The position numbers and the translations under genes were made by a program. This document shows, in pieces, positions 9,501 to 18,600 of a stretch of DNA of 64,000 nucleotides. The DNA is taken from sequence record PV340856.1. The stretch is one strand, 5' to 3'. The notes beneath the pieces were generated by a model. That model saw nothing but the letters and a program-made list of their open reading frames with translations, did no database searches and was not told the DNA's origin. The stretch's first letter is position 1, and each line of letters starts with the position of its first letter.

Positions 9501-11054
9501 AACACTGTTGGAATGGGCAAATCGGTATCTTCACCAGTTAATTATGTAAGAACAGCGGGGGACTTCGCAAAAGTTGCTAAAGGAGTTTCTGTTGGAAATA
9601 CTATTACTGATTGGGAAGAGGTTTCTCTTTTAGAAGAAAGACAAATTCCTGCAATCCAATCTACGTTAGTATTTCCATCAGAATATGAAGGCAACTTCAA
9701 TAAAATTATCTATGAACCAACTAGAGATGCTTGGGTAACTGTTGGAACTGGTGGATCTATTTTCACTGGTGTCGGGATTAAAACTTCCTCAATGTTTAGT
9801 AGATTTTCTAGAACTTTTGATGACTTAAACTCAATAGCATATGGAATGGATGCGTTTATTGCTGTTGGAAATGGTGGTGCTCTTATTTCTTCAAATGAAG
9901 GTTTAATTTGGAGTCCATTAAATAGCAACACTCCAAAAAATATCAGAGATATTGTATTTGATGGCAACCGATTTGTTTTTGTTGGAGACGATGGACTTAT
10001 TGGTATTTCTTCAGATAAAAATTTCTGGATGATTTATAGTGATCCAAATGCTATAAATCCACCGACATTTGACTTTGACAGAATTCGATATCAAGATGGA
10101 TTTTATGTTGGCATCGATACTGCAGGATCCCTATACTATTCTTTTGATCTGTCTAATTGGACTTTGCGAGAAATCGATCATTCAAATACAATTAGTGACT
10201 TAATAAAAACTGATTATGGAATTGAGGGAAGGACAATCGCAGTCGGATCTGCAACAACTGCTTTCTATGCAGATCCAGTTCTCAATAGAGCAACTGCAAC
10301 ATCTTCTGTTTCTAATGGAATAGTTACCAGTGTGACCATTACAAATGGCGGATTTGGGTACGAAGTTGGATCTAGTCCTCCAATAGTCATTGAGACAGAC
10401 TCGACTACAAAGGAAGAACTTCTTTCTATTGATGCTGTTGGTGACTTTGGTGTTATTGTTGGTGTAAATACTTTCCTTCCTGGAATTGGATTTAGTACTC
10501 CACCCACAATGGAGTTTGTACTCAAATCCGAATTTTATGACAATAACAATCTTGGATATGGATATTCTTCGTTAAATAGCCTTGGAGTTTCTTATTCCGA
10601 ATTATCAAAAGGAGACTATTTTATCATATATGATAGTCCTCTAATTACTGGACATGCATTGACAGGAATTACTACTTCTCTTGGCGGATATTTGAATTTT
10701 CCAGCTAATAAGATTGCGGAAATTCCTGCGGGAGAAACTTTACAAGGAAGATTCTTTGTTGAAAAAGTAACTCCTGTTGATGTTGTTTCAGGATTAGTTA
10801 CGGTAACTTGCGCTTTCCAACCAAAACCATTTAATAATAGTGATATTGCTGTTGGTTTAGATCCCAATGGTCCATATTTCTTAGATAATGAATTTTATTA
10901 TTCTCCATACTATGGAAAATATACTTGGGGCAAAATTAGAAATTACCAAAATAGAGCTGGAGGAAGTCCAAAACAATTCTTCGTCAATCCAGATAATGGA
11001 GCAACTGGATTGTCAACTGCTGCGGTAGTTACCAGAATTCAACCTCTATCTTAA
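3576..11054 (+). CDS. Giant (2492 aa) repetitive virion structural protein of the baseplate region
   Basis: Long ORF between gp7-like and gp8 genes; many GGSGY beta-sandwich motifs, 18-aa tandem repeats, FTC..H.YPR..DP repeats and a propeller-like region. Confidence 0.75.
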   Translation: MPRTTPGSGALLRPVFNSSYGVELIEVIDGGNGYSKADPPKIVIEGTETPVVEGVFYPVITGVGTISEVIIFNTGAGYYPVFSTTTSSEVVVERAAFGSISTTHGLGVSSVFSGDFNIVEDEIFFTDAPYGKRGPVGLETGSTFNGRLFSRKFDPFEPQDKNLVLDDISLEFTGVAGTEFAVTENLGIVSSLYNSVNSGVDINNNPFILINNIVQTPNLDFNFSDNSSNKLNFLSGTPRAGRINKVAIQTGSGYYVPLRAAAIAGVNSSGSVSFIEMRGGGQGYRTPPKVEIRGIEGTGAAATAVLGTKVNTPVAISTATFDMFSGIGTFTTSSPHDFYDGDRVVITGAGFTFTALSSVRNISEFGYDYITGIATLSVYGGHYIGTGDNQSRHLLIQGVQVTDGISTFTLREDSYPIISVGNSREAKVNIGIGSTGLQYVSAGTVQAGVDTNILEARNVIGFDVLDTPTDDTFEVFLGITTFPHNYVSGGVVQRDQTGIVTSIEITSGGSGYFPPAKVVYSNHTQESGITTFTAHGEQVGVPTSVGSVYYNPIVGILTVRTSYFHNLTDDNVVKLEGLKIDTINGQITFPSGKRKFFGITTANNVDIEIDVKEDMYDLTRNVGVYTGQVLKGTLTRYKGHGLDTDDYVLITGVGQTTSSSVDLRLSDVEYDNASGLATITTRRNHNFSKNDFVILSGIAFTCDYSPSIGITTAEYDNISGIMTITTAAPHGYTEGGKAGTVVLSGLGFTCDIDNGSSIHYYPRGRDEAYQKSISIASTTNTTITLDVGKTSKKDSYPHTFDSATTGSVVSGGDYPHTFVGSASSAIIFGGDYNYNFISADPQGITIGGEYDHNFVSSGSTALWRGGGYPHTFVSAGATAVITGGDYTYTFVPDNNNSGAVAKYSWAGPFLTPTNASYIPSTGVLTLQFNQPHFLTINDTIGIATGGLTFTCDMDGNATEHNYPRFRDPIHDRSDIPVASVVDATTITVNVGATPIVYQQPTNAVYYPDLGELIVTVPNHGHVRGETLKLTENSFTFTCAQDNYQTEHTYPRSTDPAGGGYASTTNTVAITTHTNDTFTIPVGASPLEYFAATDAQYNATTGILTVTSPSHGYVNGDFARFTDSSLVFTCSLDNYATEHAYPRPTDPASGIALTISNVTTNTYEVNVGTSTNSYIQAVTASYYPKTGIFEVGTGNTAHGLSTTTGNVLIPDGSFTFTCDMDNNQTQHSYPRSTDPASSKALTIVGYTTNTFQVNVGTSTHIFRPATEAYYTASTGILTVTCPNHGMRVGRSIRFTNDTLSFTCGMDDYSTVHTYPRSTDPYSDTRVAISATTVDTFTVNVGPTTSYFWDVSGANYVPDTGIIELTVGAGHTLYAGKSIRIQPESLIFTCTKDGNSTTHRYPRKGDPYWISANIESVLNSTNVSVNVGPSTTPSYYVGGGTIQGSFVAPREQNNSDSGMDFSFSGTFVEKVGGATTFTVQVGPSTTPHNYNRGGTVSRAQRFADSLDDGYDGVYVGEKLSGATFRVQTGVVTEKNYYSRPGSAQKPVRVEISDPNPYYNRDLIYSDGSSGIGTNAVVDFRINADGEIQEYNITEEGVGFKVDNVLTVAGIVTDPRVGVHTDFELTVSELTNDKFSGFYPGQFIVFDDISKFFNGFRTKFTLSVTTGGNTEILSLKTLPGSDMDISNNIFIYINDILQVPGESYIFKGSRIIFSEAPKSGSKCSVFYFRGSKRDVETINPPLTVKPGDTVTIKENKFNLFDIDQFPRQAKRIVASDILETFAYKSVGIDTNPLAERPLTWKKQKRDKILSGSLISKQRPSLKSRTTPTTRIINNVSETDREIYVENAFPIFSDIDLVTQSERNVLIFDDREIRTAISTSFVATSSSITQINIVDGGVGYAITSPDVTISESKIEKKDPIFDWSFNDIITGFAPGQYDWNELAHGDQVIAVGSSSRYINTKSGLFWERGVVGFGGTVTMNTVGMGKSVSSPVNYVRTAGDFAKVAKGVSVGNTITDWEEVSLLEERQIPAIQSTLVFPSEYEGNFNKIIYEPTRDAWVTVGTGGSIFTGVGIKTSSMFSRFSRTFDDLNSIAYGMDAFIAVGNGGALISSNEGLIWSPLNSNTPKNIRDIVFDGNRFVFVGDDGLIGISSDKNFWMIYSDPNAINPPTFDFDRIRYQDGFYVGIDTAGSLYYSFDLSNWTLREIDHSNTISDLIKTDYGIEGRTIAVGSATTAFYADPVLNRATATSSVSNGIVTSVTITNGGFGYEVGSSPPIVIETDSTTKEELLSIDAVGDFGVIVGVNTFLPGIGFSTPPTMEFVLKSEFYDNNNLGYGYSSLNSLGVSYSELSKGDYFIIYDSPLITGHALTGITTSLGGYLNFPANKIAEIPAGETLQGRFFVEKVTPVDVVSGLVTVTCAFQPKPFNNSDIAVGLDPNGPYFLDNEFYYSPYYGKYTWGKIRNYQNRAGGSPKQFFVNPDNGATGLSTAAVVTRIQPLS
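5810..7800 (+). repeat. Seven copies of a ~85-91-aa domain with core F-T-C-x2-D-x5-H-x-Y-P-R-x2-D
   Basis: FTC codons at about 5817, 6420, 6681, 6954, 7218, 7473 and 7731; the last six have 255-273 bp spacing. Confidence 0.85.
5961..6250 (+). repeat. Six tandem 18-aa (54-bp period) coding repeats, GG[D/E]Y-x-[H/Y]-[T/N]-F-V
   Basis: Tyr codons at 5961, 6015, 6069, 6123, 6177 and 6231, exactly 54 bp apart (YPHTFD, YPHTFV, YNYNFI, YDHNFV, YPHTFV, YTYTFV). Confidence 0.85.
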
Positions 11055-11056
11055 CC

Positions 11057-11064
11057 ACTAAATA
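11057..11064 (+). promoter_or_regulatory. Probable late promoter ACTAAATA upstream of gp8
   Basis: xxTAAATA motif in the short intergenic gap, about 32 bp before the ATG at 11096. Confidence 0.6.
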
Positions 11065-11095
11065 CTAAAAGAAAAAACGTCTCGTTTTCATCAAA

Positions 11096-12691
11096 ATGCC
11101 TGCTATTATATCGGAACAGTTTAGAATTCTAAACGCCGAAACCTTTGTAAAGAGTTTCGTTGGCGTTGGGTCTACAGTTAACAAATATTATGCCTTCATT
11201 GGACTGCCCAATGCTTTTGAAACAGAAGCTGGTGGAACAACAGACTGGGCTACCAATACTCCCGCTCCTTTAGATGGATTTATTGAAGAAAATCAAATTA
11301 AGGAATCCATTATTGCAATGAAAAAAATTACGGACAAGGATGTTCGTAGATTGGTTCGTAAAGTCGAATGGGTTGCTGGTACAACGTATGAGATGTATAG
11401 GCATGATTATACTATCTACAATACCACTCCAATTACTAAACAAGGTAATTTGTATGAAGCAAATTATTATGTTGTTAATGAAGATTTAAAAGTCTATATT
11501 TGTCTTCAGAACGGATCTGATCCAGAAAACCCAAGCGGTAGACCATCATATGATCAACCGACGTTTATTGACTTAGAATCAAGAGCTGCTGGTACTTCTG
11601 GTGACGGATACATCTGGAAATATCTTTATACTATCAAACCATCGGAAATTGTAAAGTTCGACTCTATTGAGTATATTCCAGTTCCAGAAAATTGGGGATT
11701 TGATGGGGAATCGATAGCAACTAAAAACAACGCTATTGATGGAAAAATTGAAGTTGTAGTTATTGACTCTAGGGGATCTAGTTATCAACCTATCTCCACA
11801 TCATTCTCCAATGTTCCTATTTTGGGAGATGGTATTGGTGGAAAAGCAACCGTAACTATTGATTCTTTTGGCAAGGTATCCGAAATCTTTGTTACCGATG
11901 GTGGATCTGGATATACACATGGATCTGTTCAATTTTTCCCAGGAGCTCCTGGAAGTGGATCTGGTGGACCTTTAGAAAACCTTACTAATACTGGCATCGG
12001 CACTACTTCTATTAGTAACTTTAGTGTAATTATTCCACCAAAAGGTGGACATGGATATGATGTTTACAGAGAGTTGGGTGCATATAGAGCACTCTTATAT
12101 TCCAGATTTGAAACTATTGAAACTAATCCAGATATTATTGAGGGAAATGATTTTGCTAGAGTTGGAGTTATTAAAAATCCAACCATTTTCGGTAGTGATG
12201 TTGAACTTTTGGAGACTTCTCAAGTCAGTGGGTTAAAAGCAATCAAGATGGGTGGAATTACAACCGCAACAACTTATGCAGTTGATTCTAAAATTACTCA
12301 AACTGTAGGACTTGGATCTACTGCTATTGGATATGTTGCTTCTTGGGATAAAATTACTGGTGTTTTAAAATATTATCAACCAATGGGTCTTGCTTCTAGC
12401 GAGACGGGATATAAGATTACTAAATTTACATCTAGTCCCGATGCTGGATATGGATTAACTATTTCTGGAGAAACAGTTACAGGACCTCTATTATCCATCA
12501 ATACTGATTTTAGTGGTGTAAGTACCTCAATAAATAATAGGACGTACCAACTTGGTCTCAACTTCGTTGCTGGTATTGCGTCTGCTGAATATAATACGAA
12601 GTCTGGCGAAATTATCTATATCGATAACAGAGCCCCTATTCCAAGATCTGCAAGTCAGAAAGAAGACATCAAGATTGTTCTGGAGTTCTAA
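11096..12691 (+). CDS. gp8: Baseplate wedge subunit gp8
   Basis: MPAIISEQFRILNAETFV N-terminus; WVAGTTYEMYRHDY, YYVVNEDLKVYICLQNG, DGYIWKYLYTIKPSEIVKFDSIEYIPVP; C-terminal SGEIIYIDNRAPIPRSASQKEDIKIVLEF. Confidence 0.9.
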   Translation: MPAIISEQFRILNAETFVKSFVGVGSTVNKYYAFIGLPNAFETEAGGTTDWATNTPAPLDGFIEENQIKESIIAMKKITDKDVRRLVRKVEWVAGTTYEMYRHDYTIYNTTPITKQGNLYEANYYVVNEDLKVYICLQNGSDPENPSGRPSYDQPTFIDLESRAAGTSGDGYIWKYLYTIKPSEIVKFDSIEYIPVPENWGFDGESIATKNNAIDGKIEVVVIDSRGSSYQPISTSFSNVPILGDGIGGKATVTIDSFGKVSEIFVTDGGSGYTHGSVQFFPGAPGSGSGGPLENLTNTGIGTTSISNFSVIIPPKGGHGYDVYRELGAYRALLYSRFETIETNPDIIEGNDFARVGVIKNPTIFGSDVELLETSQVSGLKAIKMGGITTATTYAVDSKITQTVGLGSTAIGYVASWDKITGVLKYYQPMGLASSETGYKITKFTSSPDAGYGLTISGETVTGPLLSINTDFSGVSTSINNRTYQLGLNFVAGIASAEYNTKSGEIIYIDNRAPIPRSASQKEDIKIVLEF

Positions 12692-12697
12692 AGAAAA

Positions 12698-15600
12698 ATG
12701 CCACAGAATACTAATTTAAATTCATCTCCATATTTTGATGATTTTAATTCATCTAATAATTATCAGAGAGTTCTATTCAAGCCTGGACTTCCAATTCAAT
12801 CTAGAGAATTAACAACTTTACAGTCTATTCTACAGAATCAGATTGAAAATTTTGGCACACATTTCTTTAAAGAGGGGTCGGTAGTTATCCCAGGACAGAT
12901 TGCATATGATAGTGAATATACTTCTGTTCAAATTGATGAAACTCACTTAGGACTTCCAGTATCTTTATATTTGGATTTTCTGAAAGGAAAAAGAATTAAA
13001 GGGGAAACTAGTGGAGTTAAGGCAAAAATTGAAGATTGCCTTACTAATGCTCAATCTGACAGAGGAAATTATACTCTTTATATTAAATATGAAGGTGCTA
13101 GTGAGGAGGACTTTTCTGGGACCACTTTTATTGATGGAGAAAACTTGATTGCAGAGGAAGACATTAAATATTCTCTGTCAAGTATTAGATCTGGATCTAG
13201 TTTTGCAACCGCAATTATTTCAAATTCAACATCTGTAGGGTCTGCTGCAAAAATTGCTAATGGTGTATATTTTATTCGTGGATTTTTCGTAGATGTACCA
13301 GACTCCACAGTTATTCTTGATCAATATGATAATCAACCAAACTATAGAGTTGGACTAAGTATTTCCGAAGAACTTGTAACAGCTTCGGATGAATATGATG
13401 ATCTATATGATAATGCTAGAGGATTTTCAAACTTTGCAGCTCCTGGTGCAGATAGATTAAAGATTTCTACAACTTTAATTAAAAAGTCTCTAACAGATCT
13501 AAATGATGAAAACTTTATTGAGTTGATGCGACTTGAAGATGGAGTCATTAGAAAATTTAGTAATGAAACTACTTCCAACCTGATTACTAATGAATTAGCT
13601 AGAAGAACCTTTGATGAGTCTGGAGATTATTACGTAACTCCATTTTCTGTTGACATTAAAGAATCTCTTAATGATAGGGTTGGCAATGATGGAGCTTATT
13701 ACGATAATCAAACTACGCAAGAGGGAAATATTCCATCTGAAGATCTGATTTCTCTTACAATCGGACCTGGAAAAGCGTATGTTCGTGGATTTGAGGTTGA
13801 AACTCTCGATACAACTTCATTAGATATAGACAAGCCAAGAACAACATCAACGGTTGATAATGAAGCTTTGCCATTTTCTGTTGGTAGAACTATTGAACTT
13901 AACAATGTTTATGGATCTCCCGCAGTTGGTATTGGAACAGAAGGGTTAGTAAATCTTTATAAATCTAGAACAGCATCACCAGGATCTGCTAGTGGTCTTC
14001 ACATTGGAGTAGCAAGATTATATGATTTCAGATTAAGGGATGCTGCATATTCCGATGCGTCCACTACATTTAGATCATCACTTTATGATATTCAAACATT
14101 TACATATTTAAATCTTAATACTACAACTTCAATTAATGTTCCTGCATTTGTTGAAGGCAGAAATAGTAGTGCATCTGGATATGTATATGTTGCTTCTGCA
14201 AATAGTAATCAACTAATCCTATATCAAGTTACAGGAGAGTTTCAAGTCGATGAAGAAATTACTGTAAATGGGGAATCAATTAATAGAAGCATTGTCAGTT
14301 TTGATGATTATGGATTTCAAGATGTTCACCAAATTAAAAATGCTAGTGGAGTTGCCTTTACTGCGGACACAAAACTGACGAATAGAATTAGATTTGCTGA
14401 ACCAGGGACTGATTATACTATCTCCGCAGAATCTGCAGGAGTATCTACAATTACATCATCTAATGCTAATTTTGGCGCGGTTTCGGGTATTTCTACTGGA
14501 GATGTTATTGCCTATAGTAAAGCGGCTACTTCTGTACCATCTTATGGTATTGTGAAACAAATTGGTACTAATTCCAGAAGTATTATTATCGAAGCACCTC
14601 CTGCGGCGGTTACCAACGTAAATGGATCATCTCTTCCAACTTCAGAAACAACACTCAGTGACGTATCAAAAGTTACTCTAGAAGTTCTCAATAATGGAGA
14701 AAATTCTCTTTATTCTGAACTTACTGAACCAAATGTTTCTTCGGTAAATCTCAATAATTCTGAGATTTCATTTAAGAAAACGTATTACATTTCCGTCTCT
14801 TCTGGTGCATATAGTGCTACCTTGGAATCTGATACCAACTTGACGTTGCAGTCTTTCGATGAAGAGGATTACAACTTATCCTTTGATTCTACTGGTACAG
14901 TAGAGTCGTTAACGGACCAAAAAGTGTCTGTTTCTGGTAGGACTATCACCCTTTCACAGATAAGTGAAGATGGTTCTGCTGTTCTTACAGTTACGTGGAC
15001 AAAGAAAAATCCAAAAGCAAAAAATAAAATATATCGTAGAGCACAAATTATCCAAATCAATAAGTCTTCAAAGAATTCTTCTGGTATCGGTAACTCCACC
15101 ACAGACGATGGACTTACATTTTCAAACATTTATGGAACCAGGGTTCAAGATAAGAAAATTTCTCTTGGAGTTTGTGATGTAGCTGCAGTAAGAGCTGTCT
15201 TTGAATCCTCCTCTGTCAATAGTCCACAACTTCCAAAAATTGTTTTGGTTGATTTGAATTCTAATCTTACAAATGCTTTGAGAGGAGAAACTATAGTCGG
15301 TGAATCTTCTGGATCTGCTGCCACTTTCGTTGAAACTAATGGAACCAATGAAGCTTCGTTTATATATGAAAATGAGAATATATTTACCTCTGGAGAAAAA
15401 ATAATTTTTCAGGAGTCTAATATTACTGCAACCGTTCAATCTTTTATTTCTGGTGATCGTGACATTAAAAATAATTTTGAATTTGATCCTGGACAAAATA
15501 GTGATTTTATTGATTTCTCTTCGATTATTAGGTTGAATTCTGCAAATGCTCCTACTAAGAGGTTGACGGTTATTTTTGATCGGTTTGAAATTGATACCTC

Positions 15601-18600
15601 TGACCCAGGAGATCTTGTTTCTGTAGATTCATATGATGCAGATCTTTATGGCAAATCCCTTCCATACATCGGACAAATCCCAGTTTCCGATATTATTGAT
15701 TTGAGACCAAGAGTTGTATCTACGGCATCGACTGTATCTCCATTTGAGTACAAGTCAAGATCGTTTGATCCGTTAACATCTTCAACAACTCATGTATTTT
15801 CTAGCGAAAAAAATATTAACATAAGTTATAATTATTATTTGGGAAGAATTGATAAAATTTTCTTGACCAGGGATGGAGTCTTTAGTAGGTCTAAAGGTGT
15901 TCCTGCAACATTCCCAGAACCTCCTAATAATGTTGATAATGCTTTAGAAATTGCTACCATCGACATGCCTCCATATCTCTATTCTATTAGAGATCTTGAC
16001 GTGCAAGTAAGCACACACAAACGATATCAAATGCAAGATATTGCTGATATTGAAACAAGGTTAACTAATGTAGAGTATTATACTAGCCTTTCTCTTCTTG
16101 AAAATGAAACTTCCAGTTTAACAATTAAGGATCCAATCACCAATCTTGATAAGTTCAAGTCTGGTTTTTTTGTGGACAATTTCAAGTCTAAAAATGGCGG
16201 AGGAGATACAGACAATACTCAATTCAGATGCAGTATTGATACCACAGAGGGAGAAGCAAGACCAGAACACTATACTACTTCTATTGATTTATTATTGGGT
16301 TCAGAATCTGTTATTGGTGCTGCAACTTCTTCGTTTCCAGATGCAGACTACAGATTTGTAAGTGATCTTGGAGATTCAAATGTAGTTAAAAGAGGAGATA
16401 TTGTTACTCTCAACTATAAAGATGTTGAATATTTAAAGAATTCATTTGCTACTAGAAGTGAAAATGTAAATCCATTTCACGTTGTAAACTGGATTGGTGT
16501 GTTGGAACTAAATCCAGCTACTGACACTTGGATTGATACTAGAAGATTGCCTGGAAAGGATGTTGATGTTGAGGGTAGTTATGGCGCTATACAAGGTATG
16601 GTTGGTGGAGTTGATAGTAATACTGGGTTGTCTCCCGTTCAATGGAATTCTTGGGAAACAACTTGGACTGGAAAACAAAGAATAAAAGGACCCGTTATAT
16701 TCAAGAAAAAGAAAAAAGTCAAAGGAACTGTACGGAAAAGAAAAAAGAGAGGATCCTTTGTGCCTGGTAGAGGAATTCCCATTACTACAACTAAAAGATG
16801 GGTACAAAAAATTAAAAAGGTTAGGGAAGTAACTACTGTACGAACGGGCAATAAGAGTAGAGATGGCATTCAATATAGAGTTGATGAAAAAATTGACTCT
16901 AAGAGCTTAGGTAGTAGTGTTATTTCTAGTGATGTTGCTGCTGTGATGAGATCTAGAAATGTTGAGTTCATTTGTAAGAGGTTAAAACCAAATACACAAC
17001 TCTATGCATTTTTTGATAATATCGATATGAATGCATATATTGTTCCAAAACTCATTGAAATTGAGATGGTCAGTGGAACATTTGCTACAGGAGAGATGGT
17101 ACGGGGTGATGGAATTAATTCCAGAAATAAGAGCATTAGATTTAGACTTGCCCAACAGAATCATAAGTATGGTCCATATAACAATCCGACAGAAACATAC
17201 GTTTCTAATCCATATAATGTAAGTAATTCTATTTCTAATTCATATTCTTCGACTACAACTATTCTTAATGTGGATACCGCATCTTTAGAACTCCAATCTG
17301 CATCTGGATTCTATGGGTGTATTTCTAAAGGTATGAATTTAATTGGCGCATCTAGTGGAGCTATTGCAAAAGTTAAAGATATCAGATTGATTACTGATAG
17401 AGCTGGCGTTGTTATTGGATCTTTATTCATTCCTGATCCAACTCAAAAGTCTACTCAAGTATTTCAGACTGGTAGCAAAACGTTTACTCTTACTTCTAGT
17501 AAGACCAATGAAACTATTTCTGGATTTACTGATTCTTCAGCTGAAGCAACATTTATGTCTTCGGGAACAATTAATAATACTCAAGAAACAACTCTAAGAA
17601 TTCGTAATGCTACGGTTGAAAGAGTTCCAAGATCGGAAAGTCAAAATGTTGAAAGAAGACGTACTAGGAGAGTTACTAAAGTCAAGTTTAGAAATAGAAA
17701 GAAGACTCAAACGAGATGGGTTGATCCTCTTGCACAATCATTTGAAGTTCCTGAAGAAAATGGAGTATATCTAACTAAGTGTGATATTTACTTTAGGACT
17801 AAAGATTCTTCTGCTCTTCCAGTAACTCTTCAGGTTCGTGAACTTCAACTGGGATTGCCAACGCAAACTATTCTTCCTTTTGGTGAAGTTGTTCTCGATC
17901 CCCAAAACGTAGTTGTATCTAATGATGGTAGTAAACCCACTACTTTCACTTTCCCCTCCCCAGTATATTGTGAGGGTTCTAGTCAATTTGCTCTTGTTCT
18001 TCTTTCTGCATCCAATGAATATACTGTATTCATCTCTAGGATGGGCGAAGAAGATATTTCTACCGCAAATAAACCAGATTCAGAAAAAATTATTGTTTCT
18101 CAACAACCACTTCTTGGATCTTTATTCAAGTCGCAAAATGGTGCTACTTGGGATCCAAGTCAATTTGAAGATTTGAAGTTTAACCTCTATCAAGCAGAAT
18201 ATCTAACAAAAAGTGGTACAGTTAAATTCTATAACCCAGATTTAGATATTGGCAATAAACAAATTGTCACCCTAAGTCCAAATCCACTTAATATGTTATC
18301 CAAGTCCAATATTATTGGTCTTGGCAAGAGTTTGACCTCTAATGAAGTAAATGGATTAATTTCTGGTACAACTATTGAACAAGAAAACAATCCAAACTTC
18401 TCCGCAAAACTTGTTGGAGTTCTTGGTGCAGTTGGAGTCAATAGCACTTTAAATATAACAGATAGTGGATTAAATTTTGCAAGTGGAAATCCAACGTATT
18501 CTGATGTTCCTCTAGTCAGTTTAACTGGAAGAGGATCTGGAGCAAAAGCAACAATTGTTATTAATAGTGGATCTGTGGCATCTGCTACAGTATCTGCTGG

